Both the position numbers and the translations under genes were made by a program. The notes under the pieces were generated by a model. That model did no database searches, was not told the origin of the DNA, and worked only from the letters and a program-made list of their open reading frames with translations. This document shows positions 25,551 to 40,300 of a stretch of DNA of 64,000 nt, one piece after another. Source of the stretch: Takakia lepidozioides. Its lineage: Eukaryota > Plantae > Bryophyta. The DNA lies in the NCBI GenBank assembly GCA_030704615.1, contig CM060734.1, forward strand, positions 39,308,001 to 39,372,000, given 5' to 3'. Within the stretch, counting starts at the first letter, position 1. Every line of letters starts with the position of its first letter.

Positions 25551-28500
25551 ATCATTTTTTTCCACAGAGCCTACGACCAAATTGGTCTCTGCTTGGTCGT
25601 AGGCTTTCCAATGGCACCAAGCACCGGGGCTGGGGCCCGTGGGTCAGGAGATCTCAACGGCGCTACAAAACAAACAAAACAAAACAAACGTCTTGATTCA
25701 TATATTGATAGTAAATTAAACTGTATTAACGCCTCTATGACATTGGTTACTTTTATAAAGTAATATGCATACTTTAGGGGATGATACCATCATCAAACCA
25801 GTCATTAAACGAGTGAACACATATCCACGGCCTTCACGTGGAATGAGAAATGACGGTGGAGTGATTCAAGGCCAAGTGCTGTGAAACGATCTAGGTCTCA
25901 GCTTCCTCCAACCTAGTGGTACGCAAGAGCGGAAGACTACCATCTCTTGTAAACCTTCATGTGTATGGAGCAAAAGCAGAGGAGTTGTTGGTCGCGTGTT
26001 GTTGGTCACTTTCCATCTGATCGGGTGTGATTCCTGTGTCTCTCTCACGAGTCCAATCCAATAACATAATGCATACAGGGAGGCAAAAGCTCTACCCACG
26101 AACTCATAATTTTTGCGCATGAATAGCACTCACAATTGTGTACTTTACGCAGTCACCGTCTTCATTATTATAGAGGAATCAGCTCCGATCAGCAACCATT
26201 AAATTGTTGCTCGGTGAATGTTAAGGGAAAGACGTTCTCAAAGGATTTATTAGGGACAGTCAACTCTTGATTGTTCAATGTTCAGTTTCATTAATGTCAA
26301 CTTCAAATTGCATAATTACATTTTGATAGTTGACGTTTCCTTTTCTGCTCTTTAACGGGTTTGTGACACTTGGAGCACTTGCCTACAGGAACTATCAAAG
26401 GATTGCCAAATAGACCTGGATTGGCTGCAAGAAGGCAGTTGCAAGAAAAAACAAGTGAACATCTATGCACGAGCTTGGATACTTGATAGATATTAATCTG
26501 ATACATACTTCATACTCACACTGTGTAGAGAGATCTGAGTGAAGTTCTGGAATGAATGGATGAGTTGATGGAATCCGATAAATTGATGAAGCAAACTGAT
26601 ACTTAACTATCAATAGTAAGGTAGCTAGCTAACATGAATGCGGAAAGGAAAACAAATAGGAAACACCCCCATGATACACTAGCTGTAGGTCATGACTGAT
26701 TGTTCTGAGCGGACACAAGGATCTGCCTAGGGTTCAGGGGAAGAGCGGTCCAACTCACTATCCTGTGCAGAAACCATCTCATCATCGAATGCAAGTGAAA
26801 ATTGTATATCATGAAGAATGTCAGTTTGAATTTTGTCACGAGTAACAAATCTGCAGGTATGCGGCAGTCCTAATTGGGAATCTAGTGAATTGGTTGCATC
26901 ATATTGCTGGAAGATGATCACATATTGTAACGACGAGTTAAGTACTAAAAAGTAGGTCCAAAATTTGTGGTCTAACATATATATTGAAACTAGTACCACT
27001 TGGTTGGCCAACGTAGTTGAACACTCGGGTCCTAGGCAAGACTTGAAACTGGTTTATACATGTATGAACAAAGATGAATTATCTTATAAGGATATGAGAT
27101 TACAAAATGTCGTGTTTCTTTCAGGACCATCAAGAACATAGTCCCGCACCTTTGCATACCAACTTTCAAAATCTCGGGGCTGAGCCTAAAGCCCTAGCCC
27201 TGTTAGCTGCCCAGTTCTCCTTGTTGGGCAACTGATCACACATAACATATTGATGTTTGTATGAAGGGCTTTCTATTGAAAACCCTAACTTTACTTTATA
27301 TATTAGATTTGTTCATATCTTATACCTACTTGCAGATATATAAGCTAGTACACAGGCAAGTTGAGAAAATGTGTTCGTTAGTATTATAATAATACGTGTA
27401 TGTAGTAAATATTATTTCAAGTTAATACTTGATCATGAACATACTTGAATGTATTGATTGTGCAAAAAAATTCTTATATGGATTGGGTATAAGTGTAATG
27501 TTCTATAAAAAAAGCTAAAAAGTTGAGGTAGACGTAAGTAACATCTAGTCATGATTTTGAACACTTTGTTCTAACATTTCAGGCTAAGTGCCAATATCGG
27601 TGCAAAGTATGAGTGTTATATGTATCGGTGTTAGAATATGCATGAGAAGAAAAACAATGGACATTTGAAATCCATATAGATACCCATCAATATTTCATCA
27701 TTATTGTTTGTCATATTTAAATGACAAATACTGAGGACCGAGACATTGATATAGAATTAGCGAAAAAATGGTTGTTTTGACAACATGACCATCCATATGT
27801 CGCCGGAGACAATCTTTTCAATTCAATAGCTTTTCTTTTGAAGTACAACCAATCCTTTGTGTTCCTGCGACAAAATGCAATGTGTCATTTTTTAAAAGCA
27901 TTGGATTTTCATACCCACCTCTTAAAAGGAAAATCATCAAAATGGCATATAGGTACTAGAAAATACTACAACAGATTCCGGCTTTAACATCTGCCACATT
28001 TGCCCAGTCGTAGCATATATGTCTACAAAATGCAAGGGGGCAGTCCTGGTTGCCATTTGTGACCAGCAGAAGTCGTATATGCCACCTTGTACCTCCGCCA
28101 CGTCACGATCTACAGTCAAACACGTTTGACCAGATAGGGGAAGATGGTAGATACGACTAGGAGTCAAAACGGCAACAGGATGACGTGGGCATGGGAATGT
28201 ATGACTGCCAGTATTCACAACTACACGTGGCGATTGCTGGTTGCCCAAGGAGTGTCTACGTGGACGATGCAAACATAAATGGATGAAACATATGCAGGAT
28301 GTGATTGCAAATGACAACGTGTCAATCTATCATTGCTCGGAGGGTTGGACATTCAGGTGCATTGGATGCAAGTGCATCTAACGGCTGCACACGATGCATG
28401 TTACTAACGCGTGGGCTTGGTGGAGAACAGAGACAAGTCCCGAACATGCGTATGAGAGGCGACCGTGCAAGTTCTATGATGGTTGAAGCGGTGCACTGCA

Positions 28501-29817
28501 TTTTTTGAAAATCGGCAACACAATTGAAAGACAAAGGCTCGAGAGAAGACGAAATGATGCATTCAGTGGATACGCACCTTGGTGCAAAACACCGGCCAGT
28601 CATTCACATTCACAGTGATGCAAAATATGTGTAGACAAAAGACCCGCAGTAGTTCATGGCACCCAAAAACGAGCGGCGTTCGCTATACCGCAATCTGCAA
28701 ATGCACTGGCCTACTCAGAATCATGGCACATTGTGTGCGCAATGACTCTCATTAAATTCACCTATGCATTTGATCATCTTAGTGGTCTCCATCATATGTA
28801 ATGTTTTAGAGATTCAGTCTTCAACGTACATGCGGAAGAAGCATGTACGCATCAAAGTTGGAAACAGTCAGTAGCTAGAGAAACAGAATACATCTCTTAA
28901 TGTCAACGATTCACCCAATGCTACTCCTTCGACCAAGTGCATCCTAATTTATGCCGATTCCTGCTATCCTAGTTGCAAGTGTTGGGATAGGAGATTACAA
29001 GATGCCTTCACACACAAGAGCAGCAACAAACTTCATGACTGACATCCTCTCACAACTCCTCTACAGGGAGAACCCAATTGGACAGGGAAGCTTAGTGATA
29101 TGGTACCACGCCGCACAGCCATATAGGTAGGGGTACCGACGCCTACAGGCGTCCAGCCTTTTGCTGCAAGCACATAGGCAGATGAATTGAGGCACGGCCT
29201 CCCTTCGGTGAATGCCACTGGTTCCAAGCCAGTGAAGCACAATTAAACAAGCCTAAGATTCCGCATGACGGCTAATTTGTTGTGCTTCTGCCTGCTCTGC
29301 AGCATACTGAATTGCCTGCTCCCTCCGAAGGCGCTCCATGTTGCAGTGCCATTGAGTTGTGTGTGCAGTTCTCCTGAAGCGGGATCGCATGGTAGTCGTG
29401 TGATGATGGGCAAGTTGGCCCACAATGATGACCACAGCAAATGCGTTCGCATGCTAACCGTGTAATGCAAGGGCAACTTGCCAAACGACGAAGTGAACAG
29501 GGACGACGTAGACACTGCAAAGAAGCAAGAGCAATGAAGAGCGAGCAAGAGCAAACAGAATGAAAGCAAGTGGAGCGAAGTGGAGATATAATCTGCGCTC
29601 CCCCAACCTGCTTCCCGCCAAATTCTAATGCAGTGGCAAAACGGGGGCATCATTGCGAGCCAGACTATCAATGCATCATGAAACTGCCATGGACTGCAAG
29701 TTTAGGGGGGTAGGAAACACAAGGGAAAAAATTCCGAGTCAAGCTAACCGTCTGCCAACGTTCCTGACAAGGCAAACTGACCACCTTGCATGTCCACGAT
29801 TCCGTGTTTAGGCCACA

Positions 29818-31176
29818 GATTGTACTTATAAGACGTTGTTTGCCGTAGCCTTGTTGCCATTGACCCCGTGCCCAGTTTGAGCGGGAACAAAAGGGACAGA
29901 ACCTACCTCTGTCAGGGGCTGACATTGGTAGTAAGACTTACCTTCATATATAGAATTAATCCGGGTTTTCCAGATATCCTCTAGAAATCCCTTCACACAA
30001 GCATCAATCTGTTGTGTGTGATTTGCCCAAAAACTAGGCCTCAGGAGGGCCTGGGCTTTTGGCTCAGCCTCGAGACTTTCAAAGTTGGGAAACAGGGGTA
30101 TAGGCACAATTCCCTTGATAGATTTGAAGAGATCGTCTCTTTGGTGAGAGAACCCCAGACAATGTATCAGTAAATGAATTTTGTCTTCAGATTGCCCACA
30201 CAACGGGTAATTGCACTCTCCCTTTCCTCTCTGCTTCTGTTTGTTGTTCAAAGGTAGGCTTCCTACCCTGAGTTTAAACTTCAGTCTAGTGCCGAGAGTG
30301 GGTAGACCCTTGAGGTCATCCAAGATGGCATCCCCCATGTCACTGACTGGAAACAAGTTCAGGGAAATTTTCTGCCTGACTTCATTTTCATCAGACAATC
30401 TCATGGCAACAGACATGGCTTTGGACACTACAGCCTCTAAGTCAGATTTATCCAGCAGGGTCAAGACTTGCAGATCCAGGTCCAGGTCCTTCAGAATCTC
30501 TTCTACTCTCTTCTGCCAGGACTTAGCCTATTTGACAGGGCGGTCCTGTTTCCAAGATATAGAGTCGATTAACTTAGGATATCTGGTGTTGGGCATATGT
30601 TGCAGCTAACCCCCCCATCTGTGCTTGAATTCATCTCGTAGGGAGCTTAAGGATGGAATGCCAAACTCACCCCGAACAGACATTGGCTGTTTTGGAGCAT
30701 GCTCACATACACTCCTTAAGCACCCCCACTTCAATGGATTCTAGAGACTTAGCCTGGTTGGAGTTATCAACCCATATTGCAGATCCATACTCCAAGCAGG
30801 TCTAATAACGCGACAAAGCATGGTTTTCTTAACCTCAGAGTTGACCCCTCTGCAGTGGAAAAATTCAGTGAGCCCCAGAGCTTTGCCCTTGCCAGTTTGA
30901 ACAACTTTCTGATTTGAACCCCAACCAAATTACAATTGAGGAAAACTCAATGCCCAGGTAAGTGTAGGAAGGGAGGACCGGGATCTCTTGGCTACCCCAC
31001 TGCCACTTAAGATCACTTCCTCCCTCTCCTCTGTCGTTGAATGCTACCACTGCACATTTGCTGTCATTAGCCTCTAGCCCCCAAAGATCAAAGTATTTCT
31101 TCGCGCAATCAATCAACTCCTGGAGATTGGTTGGAATCTCCCCTATGCTTGTGAAGTCATCCGCAAACATAAGGGC
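29818..31176 (-). mobile_element. 5'-truncated LINE (RT C-terminal half + CCHC-like finger) nested in the CACTA
   Basis: MFADDF...LEANDSKCAVV, YTYLGIEF, CNYPLCGQSEDKIHLLIHC; 13-bp TSD TGTTTAGGCCACA (29805-29817, 31177-31189). Confidence 0.9.
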
Positions 31177-31641
31177 TGTTTAGGCCACATAATAGGGTAC
31201 TGGTTACAAGCCTAACGTTGGATTACAACCAGTGTTCGCCATGGGTATGACTTGTGCACAAAGATGAATTGCGACTATGTGAGTGTAGCATGCATGATGC
31301 AGCAAAGTAAGAAATTGCAGATTGCTTCTTGTGAAAATTGAAGTGGAGTGGGTACTTCTGCAAAGCCTCCATATTGGTGGCATCGTGACATGGAAACATC
31401 ATCCGACAAAATGAGGGGAATGGGTAAGGGTTCTTCTCAACAATAGCACAAAATTGCACAAGCCATGGTGGTGGCTCTACTAGAAGTTCAAACCAACATT
31501 AACAGTCATGGTAATGGTGTGCTAGTCATAGTGCAGCCTGCAAGAAATCTTAGCCCCTCTACATTATAGGTGAACTTCACTACCACCCATGGACCTCTTG
31601 AAATCTGGATAGTAGTGAACAAGCATGCTGCCATAAAAGCA

Positions 31642-33062
31642 TTACACATCGACGTCAGGCAGCTCGTCCTTGCTATCATCTTCTTCCTCATCGGTACTGT
31701 CATTCTCCACCACAATGGGGGTCTCGTTGTGCACATCCCTGTATAGTGAGGCAAGAACTTCGGGAGTCACTTCAATTGTCTGGCCCAAATTTGGGCCTGC
31801 AACATGTGTCTCTTCGACTCGTTCAGGGGCTAAGAGGCCTTCCACAGTACGAAGATCATCGTTACCAATTGACACATCACAAACCACCCGAGAAGATCTG
31901 GGGCTTTTCTCAAGGACCACATTCCACCGAGGTTCATGAACACAAGTGCTGAAAAATACCTGCTCCACTTGTGACGGCAGCACGAATGGCTGCTCTTGTG
32001 GAGCCAACATTTGGGAGAAATTCACCAATGTGAACCCACAATCATCCTGCTTCATGGATGCACGCTGATTGCGGCTCCCCTTCTTTGCCCGAACCCAAGA
32101 ACACAACATCACAATGGGCCTTGTCTTCCCTTAGTCAATTTCCAGTATCTCCCTAATGACACCCACGTATGCAGGCTTTCTACCACCTCCTCTCCTGCAC
32201 TGTTTGTAGATACATGGTGGAAAATAGATGACACCCCTGAGTCATATGACACTCTACTGTGCCAAATATGGTTGAAGACACCCTGTAGTGGTTTCCATAA
32301 GCTAACATGCTATTGTATGAAGTTGCAATGATCGAGGGAGGCCTGGACAAGTCCAACATTTGGCAATACATGGGATCAGATTCGGAATTGGGAATCCTGC
32401 CACATGTGAGCGCACAACATCAACCAGCCAGTCTGCGTATTTGGGAGGAAGAGCCAAGTGAGGTGGGTACTCATAGTCCTCCCCGTGAGCTGCCCTCCTT
32501 CGGCACGTTCTTCCTGCAGAAACAACCATCGCCTTGCCTCCACACGTGCTCGAATTGTTTCATACATCCTGACATATATGAATGTGTCCCTCCTGCGAGA
32601 ACCAACACGTGCACATAATGCAATCACATGACATCCAGCAACTACAAACAGGCATAAACATCAACAATGAACTGTTGCATTGTCACCTTTGTTAATGAGC
32701 TTCTCACTTACTCAAACATGGTGCGTATGCTAGGATAGTTTTCAATGATGTACTGGTGGAGAACTGAACACAGTTCTGCCGAATTTGCGGGGTTTCCTGC
32801 TCCTTCCAATACGCAGCTCCTTCTTTCCCACATACGTCAGTCAGTACACCAGACGATGTCCCTCGGCCATATTGCTTCGTCTTTTGCAATACCCACATCT
32901 CTCCACAGGGTAACCCTCGGCCATATTGCCTTCGGGCTTTGCCATGTTGCGAACGTACCCTTTGTAATCCTTTATAGCCCGCTCCACAGGGTACATCCAC
33001 CGGGAGGTCACAGGGCCACACAAATCCAGCTCGTCAACTAGGTGAATAAGCAAATGCGTCAT
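31642..33062 (-). pseudogene. CACTA transposase C-terminal remnant (DUF4218 + DUF4216-like)
   Basis: MTHLLIHLVDELDLCGPVTSRWMYPVER...PEGNMAEGY; DDCGFTLVNF...PFVLPSQVEQVFF. Confidence 0.88.
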
Positions 33063-34323
33063 TATATCTGGGAACTCTTTTTCAAGGAGGCTTCTGCTCA
33101 GGCATTTGGAAGTCTACTTAGACTTTGCAGCTTTGTGCATTTTTGTAGCAGCACCGGATTAGACTATGGAAATGATCTCAAATCATTAACTCACATTGTA
33201 TTTGAATTGATGTTCCAATTTCAAGTGTGCTTTCATGTTTCAATGGTGTTTTTGTGTGCTTTGAATGGTGCTTTATGTTTCAATGCTGCTAGAGTCAGGC
33301 CCATGACTACACTCGTGTATAGGACTACCTCCCATCCACAGAGCCTCCGGCACGTGCCACTTTACCCCCCCCCCCCCCCGTGTTCACCCATACGCGTGCC
33401 ACGTGCTATATCCAGACTCCACAGAGCACCATGGAAGTCATATGTTCCAGTCATAACAACCACCCCCACCCTGCGTAATTTGACTCCACGTGTGGACCTG
33501 GCATTAAATGTCCGAAGTCATACATGCCAGTCACGAAAGCCCCTCCCGAAGCCCATTGTCCTGGCACGTGTCATGTCCCATTTGCGCCACGTGTGGCACT
33601 GGGGTTAGTCGGCGGGAGTCATACATGCCAGTCTTGGAAGACCCCCTCTCCCTCACCCTCTCACGCCACGCGTCATGTCCAGTCTAATCCGCATCATGTC
33701 CAGTCTAATCCACGTGTTGTCCTGGGGGTTAATTTGCGGAAGTCACCCTATCGTGCCACGTGTCGTTCCCGGTATTCTCCACGTGTTGTCCTGGGGTTAA
33801 TCCTCCGAAGTCGTATATGCCACTCGTGAAGACCTTGTCACCTTCCCTTTGTCGTGACACGTGGCATATCCCTTCCGTTCCACGTGAAGCTGACATGGAT
33901 TCGCAATCAATTATTACGGTCTTATCAATGACTATGATTAGGCGTCCCCGTTGCCACGTCAACAGTGAACTCCACGACTGGTAGATACGACTCTATGGCG
34001 CTTACGACTCATTTGTCACAACTGACTGGGTTTATCTGACTGGGCAGTCATGCAGTCATAAAAGGCTGATACGAATGAAAAATAGCAGACGTAAAAGCCG
34101 GATTTTGTTGTAGTGAAAGCTGCTTTTGACATAGATGGATCAACTATACATTCAAGTTTAGCCATTCCTCTAAACACAAATTGATGAACGTTGTGATAGT
34201 TTGACAAAACAATAGATCAATTACAATTGCTCGTATTAGATGAAATTTCATTGGTTGAAAATTGCAGGTTAAAAATAATAAAATGTGTACACAACAGTTT
34301 TTCGGAGGCCTTAATATTGTAAT

Positions 34324-37300
34324 TGTTGGCTGTTACAACATTCATCCAAAACCACGTGTCCTCTGGCATTCACCTATTTTCTTCATAACTAAGTTTTCTT
34401 TAAGTAGCTTTAGTTGTTGCAAAAACTCTCTCCTGTGTTGGCATCGTTTTAGTATGCAATAGTCTGTATGCACAGATGTGCTAACGTTGTTTTAACACGA
34501 AGAATTTGATCTGTGTTTGCTCTAAGTCTGTATTGATTACTAGTGTCTCATTGCTATCCTAGAACTCGTGTAAGTCTGTCTGCATTTCTTGACAGGTTAT
34601 GGGCCCACACACATCAGGCTAGTGTAGAAACAAGAGACGTGCCTGATCTGTTCACAGCGATGGAGACTAGAGATGTAGCACATATCAGAAATTTTGATGG
34701 GAAGCATAGCTTCTCACTGTGGCGATACCAAATGGAAATGGTTTTCCATGCCAAGAAATATATGAAGATTGTCAACGGCACTAAGACGTTGCAGAAGCAG
34801 ATGAGCATGATGACTGGATAGATAAGAATAATCAGGCAAGAGTGTTGATAGCATCAGCGATTGATGAGACTTATCTAGAGATGCTCATCCAGTGCACAAC
34901 TGCTACAGAAATGTCGGTTAGGCTCAAAGCTATCCACGAGCAGAGGTCTAAGGAGAACATCCACATTCTCTAGAGCAATTTCTTTGAGTATAAACTACAA
35001 AAGGGAGATAGTATGGTACCGGTCAAGCATATTTCCAAGGTGGAAAATATGGCAAGAGGCATCACAGATCTGGAGTGGTGATACCTGAGAAGCTTGTTAT
35101 TACAAAGGTGATGTGTAGTTTATCACCTAGTTATAGACATTTGATGTCCGCTTCGGACTGCTTGCCCGAGGAGTCGCAGACTATACAGAATCTCACGATT
35201 CGTTTGCTCAAGGAAGAGAGCCTTAATAAGATGCAAGGCACAGATGACACTGAAAGTGACAAAGCTTTTTGGACAAAGACCGGATCAAAGGATTATCGAC
35301 AGAAAGAAAAGAAGCCGGATAGTGATTATGTAAGGGAACTGAAGAAGGTGACACCGTGTCACAATTGTGGTGAGGTGGGCCACTGGGCCAGAGAGTGTCC
35401 TAACAAAGGGAGGAAATATAAAGGAAAGTTTGACAAGAAGAGCGAAGCAAATCTTCCAAGCAGTAGTGCAAGGAGTGATGAAACTATAGCTCTCATGGCT
35501 CATTCTTAAGTGTTCATTGCTTCAGGCAGTGATGATATCTGGTACGCAGATGGAAGGGCATGTGAGCACATGATAGACAGAAAAGAATGGTTTAAGATTT
35601 TCAAACCTGTTGCTGAAGGCACATGGTCAGTTCTTGTCGCAGATGATAGTGAACTGTGGGTTGCTGGTATTGGTGACATTGATGGCAATAGAAACATTGA
35701 GGGAGTGTGGTTGAGAGGAACTTTAACAAATGTCTTATATGTTCCTAAGTTTGAGAATGAATCTTTACTCCATAGGCCATGCGACAGATAACAATATCTA
35801 CACGAGGTATGGGAAGCTCGACTGTATCATGAGAGATCAAGCAGGAGAGGGGAAGGTTGTTTGTACAGGGTCAAGAATAGGTAAACTGTACAAGTTGAAC
35901 CTTAAAGCTATAGAGCAAGAGTCCATGGCAAATGTTGCAAGTGACCATCTAGTTCAAGATCCTTCTCAATAGCCAGAGAGATTGGAAGGAAACCTTGTGT
36001 TAACAAATGCACAGTTATGGCATCAGCGCATGGCTCATGTCAGTGTAAAGACAATACTGAAAATGAAGGTCAACAATGTCGTTGAAGGTCTTAGAATCAC
36101 TAACCAGGAAGGAGATATCAGTCAGTTTTGTGAGGGTTGTATGTATGGAAAACAACATCGATCAACCTACTCTTCTGACCCTGAGAAAGAGAGATCCCTT
36201 ACTCCTGGAGAGTTTTTCCATTCAGATATTTGTGGACCTATGTCTATAAAATCCATGGGCGGCGCATCTTCCTACATTCATTTCTTTATCAGTAACAAGT
36301 CAGAAGCATTTGAATGCTTCAAGATCCTAGAGAAAGCGGTGTTCCAACAGATTCAGACTAAGATCATCAAATTGCGAACAGACATGGGAGGAGAATATAT
36401 TGGAAAGGCATTTGAAGGATATCTTGATAGCAAGGGAATCCATCATGAGAAGAGTGCCCGTTACACTCCTGAACAGAACGAGTATGTTGAACGTGACAAT
36501 CGAACAATTGTTGAGGCAGTCAGAAGCATGTTACATGCTAGAGATTTATCCCTTGATCTATGGGGGTACAAAGAGAAACGTCCATCAGTTGGTCACCTCA
36601 GAGTCTTCGGATGTAGTGCTTTCAAGCATATTCCAAATAGCTGCGAAAAAAACTAGAACCAAAGAGTCAGAAGATGCTGAAGATAGGGTATAGCACAAAG
36701 AGTCGTGCTTACAAGCTCTTGAATCCAGTTTCCAAGAAAACCTCTATCAGTGCAGATGTGGAGTTCGATGAAAGCTCATCTACGAGTGTTTTGGAAAATT
36801 CACAGGGAGCCAAGGATGCAATTGAGATATCTCTCACAAACCCTACTCAGTGTGCAGTACTTGCAGAGCTTCTTGTTGGTAAAGAGAGTGAAGAAGTCTA
36901 TGTTGCAGAGCTTCCTGGTGCTGAAGAGATCGAAGAAATCCATGTTGCCGCTTAAGGCTTTGACGAGAATGAACCTCCTAGGGTTTGTCGACCACCTGTT
37001 CGGTTAGGCAAGTGGGACATGTCGCGGAAGCGTGGTGACACTTCATTTGCTTGTGTAGCGGATGACAGTTATCTTAAAGACGAACCAAGGTTTTTCAGTG
37101 AGGCCATGAGATCTAGGGATGCAGACTTGTGGCGACAGGCAATGGATGAAGAGTATGCATCTTTGCTGAAAAACAATACATGGATTCTTCAAGAGTTACC
37201 CACCAACACAAAGGTTGTGCGCTGTAAGTAGGTCTATAAGGTGAAGTACAAATCTGATGGAGAAATCGAGTGTTTCAAAGCCAGAGTTGTTACCAAAGGC

Positions 37301-40300
37301 TATTCTCAGACAGCAGGAGTTGATTTCGATCGAACATTCTCACCCATAGTGAAGCATGACTCCATTCGCACCATTCTGGCTATGGCAGCCACTCACGACA
37401 TGGAGATTGTTCAGTTTGACGTTAAAACTGCGTTCCTGAATGGTGATCTTCTGGAGGAGATTTATATGGAGCAGCTAGAAGGCTACAAGCATATTGGAAA
37501 AGAGAATTAAGTCTGCAAGTTGTTAAAGAGTCTCTATGGCCTTAAACAGACAACAAGACAATGGAATGTGAAGTTTGACTACTTTCTTACAAAATACAAT
37601 CTCAAGGCCAGTGAAGCTGACCCATGTGTGTGTACTACAGTAAAGACAAGGTTAAGACCATTTCGGGAATCTTTGTGGACGATGGCATTTCTTGTTGCAC
37701 TGATCGATTTAAGTTGGATGATATGGTCAAAAATCTCAAATCTATGTTTGAGATAATCACGGGAGATGCATCTTACTATGTGGGCTTGCACATCCATAGT
37801 TCAGGGCAGGGAGAGCTCTGTTTGTAAATCAAGAATGCTATATCCAGAAGGTAATCCATCATTTTGGTTTACAGGATGCCAATGAAGTTTCCACGCCGTT
37901 AGACACACACGTGAATCTTACAGTCTTCCCAGAAGAAGAAAGTAACGATCAGCTTTGCATTGACGTGTCATACAAGGAAGCTGTGGGGAGTATCATGTTT
38001 GCAATGATACTTACTCAACTTGAAATTGCATATGGAGGGTTGCTAGATCGTGAACAGTGCTCACGTGAGCCTATGCTCACGTGAGCGGTGGCTGGCTTAG
38101 GGGTTTTTGAAGGTATTGTACCCATTACCGCGGATGGCACTTATAACCGCTGGTGCTACCGTTCGCGAAGAAGAGAAGCCCAATAAAGGCAGGGTTGAGT
38201 GATGATGATGTATTTGCCCACTAAAGTATACTGGGTCCAACGATATGATGATGATAGGCAGCCATGGCCAAAGTCCTTTGCTTGGTCAATACCTTCTGCA
38301 AGAACGCTACTTTCTTGTTAGCTAGCTCTTCTTCGGCAACTCGCTGGTTCATCATACGTCGCTGGTTTATCATACAACAGTATTGCTGCCCGCAAGCCGA
38401 TGCAGGACAGTATGAAATAGCCGTTGTCTACGCATACAGGGCCTCTACAAAGTAGTTAATGCCTCCACGCTGCACTTTCCCAACCTAAGAGTTGCAGGCT
38501 GCCTCATCCCTTCGCCATATGCTCACTTGTTACGGTGCTGAAACTCCATCGATATTGGTTACATGCCATCTCTATTCAGTACTATCACTTCCGTCACAGA
38601 GAAATCAGCAGCTAAGCAACAAACCAATCATTCTTCTCAAAATTTCATTTTTCTCTTAACGGTAGGTTTCCTGGACACGAGTAATCCCTTCAACTGCTAA
38701 TTTTCCACTCAATCTTGCACTCACTCAACTGAGCTGACATCTTAAGGAAGCTTCAAAAAACAAAAGACTAGTGCTAACTTAAGACTCGTATCTCGCACTA
38801 AAAGACACAAGCTCATCTCTCTCGAGTGATATGAAAACTAAACTCACACTGTCTGTTGACACAAAAACACGAAATACAATACAATCACTCGTTAAAATAA
38901 GAGTCGAGCCAGGGGCACCCCAAGCTATGGGGACTCCACCCCACAACATCCTACTCTCCCTCCATAAGTACTCTCAGATGCTAAGCAGCGAGGGAGCTTG
39001 GTCGTGCAGGCTCAACTCGAGAGAGATGAGCCGCACGACTGACGAGTTCGTGAAGATAAGATGGTTCAGGTGTCAAGCTAAACTTGACACCTGACTTAAC
39101 ACTTGAACTAATTCCAAGTGTTAAATACAAATAACTAGATTTATTCTAATTAGTTTCACATTGTGTTTATTTAACTTGACAGGGTCTAATTTCATCATAC
39201 TGTACATGCCTATTTCCACGGATATAGGTCCAACGGGAATAGGTACCCTTTCTTCGACCGTTTGTCCTCTATTATTTGCTGACATGGCCTCCGCTCGGGC
39301 TGACATGGCATCCGCTCACGCTGACGTGGCGTGAGCGTGGGCTCATGCCACGTCACAGTGCGTTAGCCTGTGCTCACGCCACGTCAGCCCCGCATGAGCG
39401 TGCGCTCACCGCTCACGCCATAGCGTCGCTCTTGCATATGCTACTAGCATTGTGGCTAAGTTATGTGAAGCACCAAGGCCTTCTCACTGGACTGCAGTTG
39501 AGCGAATCATTCGTTACGTGAAGAGTACTTGTACCCATGGCATCTGCTATCATGGGACAGAGAATGATAATTCTCTTCCAGGTTTCTGTGACGCTGATTA
39601 TGGTGGTGACATCGACACACCAGGAAATCTCGCTCAGGATACATGTATCTTTTTGGCAATGCTGCCATTGCATGGAGTAGTCAACGACAAAAGTGCACTT
39701 CAAATCCGACGACAGAATCTGAATATATTGCGGCATGTACTGCTACTAAATAAGCCATTTGGCTCAAACGATTGCTTGGGAATATTGGCGTTCCTCAGGA
39801 GACAGCCAGTGTCCTACATTGCGATAGCCAGTCAGCTATCAAGCTCGTGAAGAATCCTGAGTTCCACCAAAAGACTAAGCATGTGGACATTCAGTACCAC
39901 TTTGTCTGAGAGAAGTACAATGATCAGCAGATCTAGCCTATGTACATTCATACTGGGGCACAGATCACTAATATTTTTACTATACCACTATGCAAAGATC
40001 TCTTCTAGAAGTTTCGAGAGCTCATGGGTGTGGTGCCTTTGCCTGCATCTGATGGAAGTCAGGGGAGCTCAGAATTCAGAGGAAAACAAGTGGGAGTGTA
40101 ATTTATGATGGCTGAGTGGGAGCTCTAACAGCCGATCGTCTCTTTGTGTTTCCTTTGTTCTTTTTCTTGCAAATGTGAAGATGGCAAGTTTTGGTGAATG
40201 AGTGGGAGTGTTGGCTATTATAACATTCATCCAAAACCACGTGTCCTTTGGCATTCACCTATTTTCTTGATAGCTAAGCTTTCTTTAAGTAGCTTTAGTT

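Larger units (their letters stand above)
27964..34115 (-). mobile_element. CACTA (En/Spm) DNA transposon, internally deleted
   Basis: TIRs (t)ACTACAACAGATTCCGGCTTT / AAAGCCGGATTTTGTTGTAGTG; 3-bp TSD AAA; subterminal CCACGTG-rich repeats ~33300-33960; transposase remnants. Confidence 0.9.

Noticed and set aside
26300-27250. Possible gene fragment (CSKCHK)
   Set aside because: No consistent exon chain or recognisable family
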